64,000 nt of DNA from Eutreptiella sp. 'Long Island Sound 2002' (lineage: Eukaryota > Protista > Euglenida): the NCBI GenBank assembly GCA_964036045.1, contig OZ038378.1, positions 158,906,001-158,970,000 on the forward strand. The letters run 5' to 3'. Numbering within the stretch: the stretch's first letter is position 1; each line of letters opens with the position of its first letter. The notes beneath the pieces were generated by a model. It saw only the letters and a program-made list of their open reading frames with translations, had not been told where the DNA came from and ran no database searches. A program made the translations under genes and the position numbers. Positions 44,300 through 55,482 of the stretch are shown one piece after another.

Positions 44300-45590
44300 G
44301 TAATTCAGGGTTGATATGCACAGCATTCAGGGGTGGTGTGTGGTGTTGGCTATTTTTTTTTGAAATTGTGGATAAAGGGACTCCAACCATGGAGTCAACA
44401 ATGAGCACCTACCTTCCCACATTCAGAGATCCCAGTATTAGTTCACTGTCTAGAGCGTTGGGAGGGTGGGGATGGGGGTTAAAATTTATGGAGCACCCCA
44501 GCAACGATTGTGCTCTAACTGTGGACCGCATGACTAGGCCTAGGGGTAGGAGAGCAGCATGGAGGGCAAGGAGACGAAAATTTCCTCCGTGCTGTTGGTC
44601 GACCCATCATCCAAAACGCCTAGGCACTACTACCATGCTAAGTAGAAGGGAATACGTGACAACTTGCAGCCAATGATGAAATGTTCAGTTGACTCTTGTT
44701 GGCCGTCTAATGGGCAAGCTACGTCCCGAGGCTCTCTCCCTGCAAATTGTACCCCAATTATGAGCTTACACCACAAGGCTTCTTGGAGGAAGGTGACAGC
44801 AGCATCAGAAAGGCGGAGCCTTGTCCACCCCTTCCGCTTTCCCAGCGCTTGACAAGAGGTTTGGGGTTGAGGGCCATGATGTACTTGAGTTTGGCTCTGT
44901 CGTTCTAGTCCATCCAACGTGACACTGGTCTCATGGCCTCATCCATGTGTGGTGCAGCTTGGGGAGTGGGTTGATGCATTAGCGTAAGGGCAATGTCTTT
45001 GTGCACAAGGTCCATGTTCATGTTCATAGATTTGTCCAAGTTTAGTAGCTAGGGTATAGTGTGTATACCTGCTTTGAGGAGCTTTGGGGCCTTGGTGCCC
45101 ATAAAGAGATTTTAATGTCAAGATGACATTTGATGTACTATATCTGGTTGTGGGTTTGCAATTGGCGCCGTTTTGCATGGCAATGAAAAGGCTTGGCACA
45201 AGTGCTGCCATGGATGGGGACTCCTTCCACGGGAGGGAGCCTAGCCAAAAGGAAGGGCAAGTTGAGCAGCGCAAGGGGAACACCAAAAGTGTGTGCCCAG
45301 GAATTGAGGTGCACATGGTCGTGTGGGTGTTGACTGGGGCTCATGGGTAGGCATGTTGCCAAAGCAAATATGTGCATGACTGTGGGAGGAGGTTGCCTCC
45401 CAATTGTGAGGACATTTTGAGTATCAGTAGCACCTTCCGCTCCGCTTTGGAGAAATCAAGACAACCCTGCTTCCGTTGCCACTTTTTGGCATCGGCTCAT
45501 CCTTCTAGTGCCATTGAGGTTAACCCATGTTATTACTCTCCATGTTGCGGACCTGGAGAAGGCAGGGTTTCTGTGGCCATTTCAGTTTTG
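44300..45590 (-). mobile_element. Degraded 3' part of a non-LTR retrotransposon (LINE) ORF2
   Basis: Minus-strand 44630-44917 reads TFLQEALWCKLIIG...CPLDGQQESTEHFIIGC, the C-terminal zinc-binding (zf-RVT-like) pattern. Neighbouring frames are broken, so boundaries are approximate. Confidence 0.5.
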
Positions 45591-45716
45591 GCCTGAGTTT
45601 TAGGTCGGGCACCCCCCCTTATGGAACACGGGAACATGTCCCCTCATGTTTGGAACACTGTTGATGCAAGCAACTCAACTGCTGTGAAAGATAATGGAAT
45701 GGACGAGGTTGATGGT

Positions 45717-46020
45717 TGTGCATTGTGCTTCTAGAAGCACACAGCCATACTTTGTGGCGAATGTAATGAATGTTATTGTGCTGTGTGTATTGATCCACAT
45801 AGTTGTGGGGACAAAACTGTTCATTTGTTGCACAATGTTTGTCAAATGTGCTGTGGAAGTGGAATTCATAACTGTGGTCTTATGTTGTGTGCTCTTTCGG
45901 GAAGGGTTTGGTGTTGATTCTGGTCTGCTTGGAGGGTTTCTCTCGGGTGAGGTACAGCCGGGGCTACAGTCGGGATACTTGGTACAAAAGTAGTGTGCCG
46001 GGCGCGCGCCAGGCAAACAC
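45717..46020 (+). pseudogene. Degenerate B-box-like zinc finger plus 3' flank, paralogous to 54269-54572
   Basis: CALCF*KHTAILCGECNECYCAVCIDPHSCG versus CVLCCQKRSTVAVCDECKEHYCTECIDTHTCG. Both are followed by AAAAGTAG(C/T)G(C/T)GCCGGGCGCGCGCCRGGCAAAC. Confidence 0.6.
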
Positions 46021-48017
46021 TACCCCAGTGTGTGTGCAGGTTTATGGTTGCTTTGCCCTCCAGTTGTGTGGGATCCAGAACCAGTTTGTTCTCAAAATGG
46101 TGATCTCAAATCAGAGTCAAATTAGCCCTATGGAAGCTTGAAACTACGAGGATGGTGACTAAACAAAGAAATTCAACCCACAAGGAAACCGGTTTGGCAA
46201 TAATCCCTCTGAGAATGGGGGTACGATTGGGAATTGGCCAGGTTGCCCATGAAGATTGATGAGCTCGGCACCGGGGAGGGTGGCATCGAAGGAGTGGGCT
46301 TTGTTTCTGATTTTTTCTCTCATTAAATACCGCTGGTGAAGGACCATTGCACAATCTGGCACTCTACGGACAGCTTACGGCAGTCAAGTGACTACAGTTG
46401 AGTGTCAATCGGCAGTGGTCAACGAGTTGATGGCAGTTGGCAGGTCGCTGAGAGCTCAACCTGTGGTTTCTGAAAGGTCTGGGGGGCACCAGCCCAGTGG
46501 TGCATGGTATTTTGTTTCATAAAGCACTGCCCTGCGGAACAATGGCCCCAGGGGTACTTGACGTGCCATCGAACCCATTTCCCTTCCCTGAGTCTGAGTC
46601 TGACCACACATCCAAAATGCAAGCGTGAAGGCGCTCAAACCCCATGCACCGCCTGCACGTTGCACGTTTGCCTTTGTCCATGATCAGGACAAGACCACAG
46701 CTCTCCTGACGACCAACACCCTAGTTTTTGACCACCGGCACATTGAAACACACGGGAATCTGACGTTTTTCTCGTGTCTGGGGATGGTTTTGGGTTTCAC
46801 AGTGCTGGGGGTGGGGACGAATCCTGGAGCAGTGTGGTCCTTCCTTGTCCCTGTCATCCGCCATCGATCTACGACGTCCTCCGCGCGATAATGCATTCGA
46901 TGCAGAAATTCGCAAGGGAAGGCATTATGAGCATCACGGAAGCAACCATAACCTTATGCCCCCTCTTTGTGAGGATGGGGGGCAGGGGACATGGCACGGT
47001 AATGTATTGTCTCACACCATGAGTCTGAAAAGCCGCCACAATCTCGCACGATCTCGAACAATTGTCGATGGCACCGGACAGTTAGGAGGAAAAAATTGGC
47101 AATAGCAGGTGCAATGCTGTCTCAGGCCTCGCGCATCTTGTGCATGGCGAAATTTGCACTGCCCCGCACAGTCCCCTTTTGCGGCCATGGAGCCTGTGCA
47201 ATGGGAGAGTGCTGGAAGCCCCTGAAGGGAGCAACCAGCACCGCAGCAGATTCCATTGCTCTGTGGTGTTGGGTGGTGGCAATCCACATGAATTGATGGG
47301 GTCGCACCTCGCAGGTAGGAGTAGGTAGGAGTTCCTCTCACATTCTTGCACCCTGCGCGCACAACAAGTCGGTGCGAGTCCGCACGCGTGGCGTTTTGGC
47401 TGGATATCTGTTCACATACTCTGAGAGCTGTTGAATGTTGCACTTCCAGACGCTACACTGCACTGCACCGCCCTGTGCTGGCCTCTTGATTCAGTTCAAG
47501 TCCAATGGCTCATTTCTCCCGTGGCTGGCGTCCGCCTGCTTTTGTGACCAGACGCATTGCCACTCAGTACTCAACGCACCGGCCCTTGTAAAAGCGGCGG
47601 TCATGATTTCGACACCACAGCAGCAAGGCGAAGGCGCACGCGGCATTGAGCGCAGTGTTTCTGTCGGGTTGCCCACCATACCACACCGTACGACACCACA
47701 CTGCGCTACCCCACACCACCCTAAACTCTACTGCACCACATGGTGCCGCGTTACACTACACCACGGGGCACCACACGGCACGGCACCATACTAAGCGATG
47801 CCCCGCACTGCACTGCATTGAGTCTTTCAAAGTTGTTGAGGAGACTTTGCCGTGGACACTGTTGTGCTACAGGTCATGATCGTCATGCTGTGACACAACA
47901 TCATTGCCGTCACAGTGTGCGTGTCTCGCACACCGTCCCTCTGTGCCCTTCCACACGAGCCTTGAGGTCCCTTGTGCGCCGCGTCCGGGCTTCCTCTGCC
48001 GCGGGGCCTCTCTTACC

Positions 48018-49064
48018 ATGGCCACGGAGTTGGACATCATCCCTCGGCGCCGCCTGGACGACGATGACGACGACAGCGCGCAGGAAGGGGACGCGTTCTT
48101 CGACCCGAAAGGGAAGGGGAAAGACAAGAAGGTCCAGCCCTCGGCAGACGACATCAGCCTGCAGCTGTCGGAGCGCGAGGCGCAGGAGAAGCTGGACGAG
48201 GAGCTGGCGAGGGGGCTGCACGAGCAGAGCATGCGGGAGTACGAGCAGTACCAGCGGAACCAAGCCCGGATGACCAACGCCAGCAGCAGCACGTCGCCCC
48301 CGGTGCCCGAGCCGGAGGGGCGTCCCGGGGGGGACTTTGACATCCACGAGTTCCTGAGGCAAGAGCAGCTGACGCAGATGCGGGCCCGGGGCCCGGGGGT
48401 GCCGGTCAGCGTCAGCCGCCTGGACCACCTGCTGCCGCGGACGCACAACGTGGTCCTCGTGCTGCTCCCGCTCTGCGGCGCGGAGCTGCTCCTCGTCGTC
48501 GTGGCGCCCATCGTGGCGCACGGCATCTTCCACCCGCTCGGGAAGGCGCAGTACGTGTGGATCGTCTTCGGGGGGTCGATCAAGTGCCTGCTCGGGCTGT
48601 TCCTGGCGGGGCTGTGCCAGTGCATCCACAAGGCGCACCTGCCCTCCCTGCAGCCCCCCAAGCCGATCGGGCTGGTGCGGGACTCGCAGCTGCTGTACCG
48701 GCTGGCCAGCAATCTGGACCTCTTCATTGTGATCTTCTTCACCTTCGTGCTCTCCTCGGGGTGCCTGGTCGCCCTGAGCCTGGGTCTGTCTGCCTGGGGC
48801 TGGACCACGAAGAACAGCGACGCCCAGGCCCAGTGCCTGTTCGTGCTCATCATCGCCGCGGCGTGCGCGGCCCTGCTGCTGCTGCAGTGCCTGACCGTGC
48901 CCGCGTTGTACAACCTGCTGAGGATCTGGCCGACGATCTTCCGGCGGGACCCGGAGCCCCCGAAGCCTCCACAGGTGACACCGCCTCCGCTGGTGGCTCG
49001 GCCACCGCCATTGGGGGAGGAGATGCCGCCTCATAAACTGGTGAGCGAGAGTGAGAGCCCTTGA
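48018..49064 (+). CDS. Intronless multi-pass (about 4 TM) membrane protein with an acidic N-terminus and a putative ubiquitin-binding (MIU/UIM-like) helix
   Basis: Very strong GC3 bias from ATG 48018. Motif EKLDEELARGLHEQ. Four hydrophobic stretches. A possible donor site at 48975 could extend the gene. Confidence 0.85.
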   Translation: MATELDIIPRRRLDDDDDDSAQEGDAFFDPKGKGKDKKVQPSADDISLQLSEREAQEKLDEELARGLHEQSMREYEQYQRNQARMTNASSSTSPPVPEPEGRPGGDFDIHEFLRQEQLTQMRARGPGVPVSVSRLDHLLPRTHNVVLVLLPLCGAELLLVVVAPIVAHGIFHPLGKAQYVWIVFGGSIKCLLGLFLAGLCQCIHKAHLPSLQPPKPIGLVRDSQLLYRLASNLDLFIVIFFTFVLSSGCLVALSLGLSAWGWTTKNSDAQAQCLFVLIIAAACAALLLLQCLTVPALYNLLRIWPTIFRRDPEPPKPPQVTPPPLVARPPPLGEEMPPHKLVSESESP

Positions 49065-52000
49065 GCTTCGGACTTGGTGGGCCTTCGGGGGCTCATCCCT
49101 GACCACAGGTTCCAGCACCTCATCAGCGTTCAGTTGTGTGTGTGTGTGTGTGTGTGTTTGGAGACGGTTGAGATCGGGTGCAGGATGTGCCTCTTCCTCT
49201 CACCCTGTACTGCAGAAAGGCGCCTAGTCGCTGATGGTCATGTCTTTTCTTTGACTGTTTGCGGCCTGACGAGAATCTACTTACGACCAGTGCCTGTGCC
49301 TGTCCTGTTCTTGCTGGTTCGGGGCTTTGGTCGCTTTGCGTCATCCGGGTGTGTGTGTGTTTGTCAGTGTGTCAAAATGGTGCCAACCGCCATGAATTAC
49401 TGGTTGGAAAATGCATAAGTGGGCATTGGAGGACGTTAATATGTTCAATGTCGCCCTGGCCCTGACCACCACCCCCAAATTCGCGAGGTTCTTGATGAGA
49501 TACCGCCCATCGTATCGCCACCAAGTGTACGGTGAGGGAATGATGAATGACCCGGGGCATGCGCATGGGTGCGAGGGCCCACCCGGTGTGGGCCTCTCCC
49601 ATCTTGTGGCACCGAAGAAGACGTGGTGCCCTCAGGCCGCCGACATAAGTTGGCCAAACGTTGGGCTGCACGTGCGTCCCTCGGGCCGAAGGAGTTTGGG
49701 GCGTCTCATGCTTCATGCATCCGGACTCCGGATTCCGGGACAGCCCCTTGGGAGGGTTGTCCGATGACCCCCATGTTCCCTGGCTGAATATGGGAGCGCC
49801 TCCCATGACAAATAGCATCCGACGGCTGTCCTTCTGTCGCCGTTTGTTATATGTGTGGCGGTGGTGGGGCTATGGACTCGGGGCTGACCTGATCTCTAAA
49901 CCTGATCCTCATTCGCCTAAACGAACTTACCACCTCTCGGCCACTTCGGATTAGAGACGCCGCACGGCCAGATCAAGGAATACCCGCCCTCACTCACAGG
50001 ACGTGCACCAGGCGCACAGCGGGGATCACTTGCGCCCTGTCGAACACGCCGCACAATTCTGGCAAAACACATGCCTATGTCCCGGCTTGCCTCCCTTGGT
50101 GATTGCCCGTGGTGTCAAGCCGCTCCCCCATGTTCTCTCCGTTCGCACTCCCATGCAGAGCCACTAGTGCCCACTGCGCATGCCAATGAGACGAGGCGCT
50201 AGTTCTTGCTGAGGCGGTCATCAAGCATCAACGTGCCTGCTACCAATGCAGGCTGACAGCTCAGCACCAACGGTTGAAGCATGCCGCAGCATGCCGCAGC
50301 ACAGCAAATTTTTCGTGGGGCTCGTCGGTGCTTGCTGACAGTCCAGACTGTGACGAAAGACAGAGCCACCAAAGCAATGGCCACCTAGAGGGGCTTGAGA
50401 GGCCCGGCGGGCGGGACCACAGTCCAGGTGATCACAGCTGTGGTGTACCGTCCGCCGTGACGGACATTATGCGTTTCTCAATTCCCATTTGCGAATTCGA
50501 GGTGTTGAGCGATTTGCAAGCCAAATCCTCGCAAACTCAGCAGCGAAGCCTTCAGTGCTGCCACTCAGCGCGCCGGGCGCTCAGCCCCTCTTACCTAGTT
50601 ACACCTGGATAGTCCTCCTGGTTCCCTCAATGCTGGCATGTGCATGAGTGGTGCTCCAATGGGCAAGGTCACCGCACATGTGGCTGAGTGGCTGTTGCTT
50701 TTGCGAGCCGAAGTTTTGTTGTCGTCCTTCTTCAGGCGAATCGCATATTCCTAGTGCCAAAGGTGCCGGAAGATAGTCGTGCTGATTTTGCCCCTGACGT
50801 TGGTAGATTTATGGAAATGGATGCCTGCCCCACTATCGTGCTCATGCGCTGTGCCCCGTTTTCGGACCGTCTGAAGCACACGGTCACTTGCACTCAAGAC
50901 GCCGAAGACAAGTCGGTGCAAAGACGTTTCAGAATGATGTCTAGCCCTCTCTGTGAGGATGGCGGGTAGGTAATGGTAATGGTAATGGTAATGTACTGTC
51001 TCAGACAATGAGTCTGAAGAGCCGGATTATCCAAGCACAATGTCGAACAGTTGTCGATGGCACCGGACAGTATGAAAAAAAAAGAATGAAATGTGGCACA
51101 AATTTGGTATTCTTGACCCCTGATCCCTTGTCAGTGCCGAGGAAGTGGTGTGTGTTGCTGTTGCAGGCCCCAAATACGGTATGCGATTCACTCACGCACG
51201 TTTCCTCATTGCCTGAGATTCTGAACGACGTTATCGACCTCGTATCTGTGCAACATTGCTGTAGGCAGCTGCACCAACATCGCTGTTGCAAGGTTCTGGC
51301 AATCTCTCTTCTAAGCGGAAGAGTGGCATAGAGAATGCCGTTCATGCAGTGCACATGCAGAGCAGAGTTTTGTATCCCGAACCCTACACGAACCCTAGTA
51401 TTGACTCTTTCCTACAAGCTCCCACGTTTTCATCCCATTTGCTTCCCATGTATGGCTGCATGGTCTCCATGCAAAGGACATTTTCATACCCTTGGCAAAC
51501 AAAAAGCTGTCTGTGGCAGGTGGACCAACCAGAATTTTCTGAGGCGGGCAACCGCCTGTTTGAACATCATGGCAAGCTACTGCTCGATACGACAAGGGGG
51601 AGTTGGAGGGATGCTTGACGGGATGGCGCTTATGGGACCCTTGTGGTGCTGATAGGGGGAGCGGCGCGCACTGTGCGCGCACCGTGCATCTTTTCTATAT
51701 TTACACAGTTTACCTGACGCCATTGTTTTGCTTTGTTGTTGCCCAGTGAGGTACCGTGTTGCTGAGCTAGTGCCCCATTTCACCCTGCATGCCCTGAGGG
51801 ATGCATTGTACATGCTACTCCTTGGTCTATAGCTGAGCAACACAATGTCTTTGTCTTGGGTTTGAGCCGGTACCCCTGTCTTCTACAGCCGTAGCACTGC
51901 AAATAAGTGGGTTCCTGCTGCTATTGTGGGTCCCTCGCAATGCCCTGGTGATTACCTTTGCATACGAATTGAGGTGAATGGGAAGGCGGTGATTTGTGAT

Positions 52001-53328
52001 GCTGCTGTGTTGGGACTCTTGATAAGGTGACAGTGACTGTCGATTTTGCAGGCAACATTTTATGGTGAGCATTGTTGCTCAGCTGCATGAATTTGGATAT
52101 CTATATTTTGTGCATCAATCGTTTTGCTGTGTACAATCCAGATTCAATTCGGACTGCAAGAAACTCATGTGATACCCATTTGCTGGCTGTTTTCTTGGTG
52201 CAAATGTTGCTCTCTAGTACCTTTCTGAGTGGGTCCAATTGGGGGGTGAAAGCTGTGTAATTGGCCCAAGTGGTGCGCACTGTGCGCGCACCGTGCACCC
52301 GTTCTCACGTAGTGCAGAGTTTGGGGTGGGGGGGCGGGGGGCTGCACAGTTACGAGCATAGTGTTTAGTGGAGTCGCATGTGGTCCCAGCCCTGTCCCTC
52401 AACTGAGGTCGCATCATCCCTGTTGCGTTTCACTTCTTCTCATACCTAGTCAGGCCGATATGCTCTTTGCAGCCTTGCGATGAATTTTTTGCATCATCAT
52501 TCCTGGATGTATCATTAGTTTTTTGCCGCAAATAGAACCATTAGTTTTAGGTGATCTAAGCTATGTCATTATTGTTCTTGTTAGGAGGCTTCAAAAAAGA
52601 GTGTGCCGGTCACCTGCGGTTGCCTGAAAAATGCTTGTTTGTGAGTCCAAGAACCCATGAACACAAAATCAAATTCAACAAACACAGAACAAAAAAATGA
52701 CTCCCATCACAGTATTTTGCCTCAGAGTGCAGTGCTTGCAAAACCATTTTTCTTACCCCTGTTTACAGCAAAAAAAAAAAGTACTGGTCATGCAATTTTC
52801 ACGTGCATTCCCCTTGTATATGAGCCGGACCCCCACACTGGGGATTTCATTTGCCTGTTGTTGCTTTCAAACACACTTTGTACACAGGTCGGCAGCATTC
52901 CCAAACGGGGTCTTGGGAGCCCTCAGGGTGCAATCAGCGCCACTGCCTACACACCTCCAGGCAACAGGGTCACGGAGCACTTAGTTTCAGACTCTGGGTG
53001 TTACCTGCAGTGACCTCACACCATCCTTTCTGTGACGTTTGACACTAGTTCCCCTTGAGAGAAATCACATGTATTGCAGCAATGCAACAAGTGGTGGACA
53101 CACCCGCACACCAATTTGCATTGGCAGAAAAAGAGGGAACCCGTGACTGCAAACCGCTCAACCCGTGAGACGGACTGTGTGCGCACGCAGTCCAAAAACT
53201 GTCCCATACAACCGTCGCGAAACAACTGAACAAGCTCGCTTCAGGGCTGGCCATTCGGCAAGGGAACGGGGCTCCCTTGCAACATCAGAACACAAGCTTC
53301 AAGTCAGACATCATGCAGATCTGCATTA

Positions 53329-53816
53329 CCCCCCCCCCCCCCTTGCGCATAACGGCCTTGTCTAAGCACGGAGTGGGCATTGAACCACCGTTTTGAGGAA
53401 ATTTTGGGAGGCTGTTTTTGTGGTCCAGAATGGAGGAGGAGTGGGTGTTTCTAGAGCGCTTGTCCCCCCCCCCCCTGGCTGAAGCACCGCCTTGTCTAAG
53501 CACCGGGACCCGGTCTGACCGTTGTTTTTCTGACCACAGTTTTTATGGTCAGAAACTCAGCAGAACGTGGTTGTGTGCCGATTGTAGAGGGAAACAGGGA
53601 CTGTGTCATGTTTTGGATGAGCCCTCCTGCCCATAACAGCATTATGCTTGCTACTGCAACCCACTGCTGTTTGTTTTGATGTGATTTTCAGCCATGACTA
53701 ATGTCGTTACTCCTAGCTTGGCTGCAACCGCACGTCGCGCGCAAGCACCGCCTTGTCCAAGCACCGGGACCCGTCGTTTTTCTGATTTTCCTGGTGCTTG
53801 CGCAAGGGGGGGGGGG
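53329..53816. mobile_element. TA-flanked MITE with poly-C-TTGCGCA termini; a second right end at 54934-54954
   Basis: TA|C14TTGCGCA at the left and TGCGCAAG11|TA at the right. Internal repeats GCCTTGTCYAAGCAC. Confidence 0.55.
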
Positions 53817-53948
53817 TAAGGGAAAGAGGGGCTCATTCATGTTTGTGATAGTGCATTCTCCTCATAATAACATTGTACCACACATTGCAGCCCCATGGGG
53901 GAACGTTAGCGCGCCGGGCATCTTTTGTGACCCGTGCCCCACCGGTGG

Positions 53949-54246
53949 ACTGTTGCCGTTGATATGTTGGGCAACATTATATGGATTTTGCCCCTTGGCC
54001 CCCGGGACATCAGCAGATGTTTTGATTTGGGATGGGTATGGACTTTCTCGTACCCGAGGTGATTTCTTTGATTTCGAAGTTGGGGGCCATGATGTTGCTT
54101 ATAAAGGCCGGATTCATGTCATTGTGCCAGTCATTGGAAGAAAGAATGGCACTTTGACAGCCCGCCAACAATGTTACAATGACGTGCACGGGTGGTATAG
54201 GGCACACATTGAGCAGCTGTTTGCTCGGTTGTGGCACGCAAGATGA
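53949..54246 (+). pseudogene. C-terminal half of a Harbinger/ISL2EU-type (DDE_Tnp_4-like) transposase, one frameshift
   Basis: TVAVDMLGNIIWI, +1 shift in the T-run at 53986-53989, then CPLAPGTSADVLIWD...GHDVAYKG...LTARQQCYNDVHGWYRAHIEQLFARL. Confidence 0.7.
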
Positions 54247-54268
54247 GGCAGAGGATGAGGCAGAACTG

Positions 54269-54382
54269 TGTGTGTTGTGTTGCCAGAAGCGCTCCACCGT
54301 CGCAGTTTGTGATGAGTGTAAGGAGCATTATTGTACTGAATGTATTGACACCCACACTTGTGGGACCAATGTTGTTTGTTAA
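54269..54382 (+). CDS. B-box-like zinc finger fragment directly after the transposase remnant
   Basis: C-x2-C...C-x2-C-x4-C-x2-C-x3-H-x-C spacing in ORF 54179-54382. Confidence 0.5.
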   Translation, partial: CVLCCQKRSTVAVCDECKEHYCTECIDTHTCGTNVVC

Positions 54383-55482
54383 GCACAATACAGATGACAG
54401 TTGGAGTTGTTGAATTCACAGATATTGCTTTATTATGCAACGTGCTTTGTAGGGAAGGTGTGCAGTGCAACGTGGTCTACTTGGGGGGCTTCTCCATGAG
54501 AGGGTAAATCTGGGGCTGAAGTTGGGATCATTAATAGAAAAGTAGCGCGCCGGGCGCGCGCCGGGCAAACATTCCCCCCGTGCTGTTTGTTCTGATGTGA
54601 TTTTCAGCCATGGCTAACAATGTTATGCCCAGCATGGCTGTCACGTACGTTCGGAGCACTGGGGAACGGACATGCGTCTGCCACTGTTATTGGTCCCTCT
54701 CGTCATGGGGACAATTACATCCATTTGAAGCACATGCGGAATGGGAAGGAGATTGAGCACAATGCTGCTGTTGATAAAGTGCTCTTCCCCATTCGTAGCC
54801 CCTCGCCATCCCCATCCGAGGGCTCCCCCACACGTTTGCTGTCACGTGTGTCACGCGCATGCACGGCGTTGTCTAAGCACGGGGTGGGCGTTGAACCGCC
54901 GTTTTGACCTGAGTTTTGAGACCGCGGCTGTGCTTGCGCAAGGGGGGGGGGGGGTACGTCACTTTTGGTGGGGAAAGGGCGGTCCTGTACTGGTGCTTGT
55001 GAAATATTTGCAGCCTCCGCCCAATAGCTCTTAGGAGCCCTCTGGTGGCAAACCCTCAATGAATCCCCCACTTCAATGCTGCCCCCCTACACGCACTAAT
55101 GATCCCTGCCACACATAGAAGATGTACCTCATGCTGGTTGGGCAGGCTTGCAGGACTGTGTTGCTTGAGGGCAGCCCACAGTGCCATTTCTGCCGAAGCA
55201 GGAGCTGGCCCTGCCCCAAGCTCTGGCCTGGCGTATTCGGCTGACCGTGCAGCGTCGCTCCCCCCTCCAAAGAGCCTCCTACCCATCCGACCGGTATTCC
55301 ACCCACACGCTAGCGAATTGTCTTCAAAGCAAAGCCGCAATGTCTTTGGACACCTTGACAACCAATTGTTGTTGACAATTTCCAATTTCGGACGTGCCAA
55401 CTATGGCCTGCAGTCATGGATTTTTGAATTTTCTTTCGTACACATGTCTACATTGCAATTGAATGCCATGTCATTCTGGTGA

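Noticed and set aside
47867-49118. Minus-strand ORFs of 348 and 402 aa
   Set aside because: Antisense shadows of the high-GC3 plus-strand gene.
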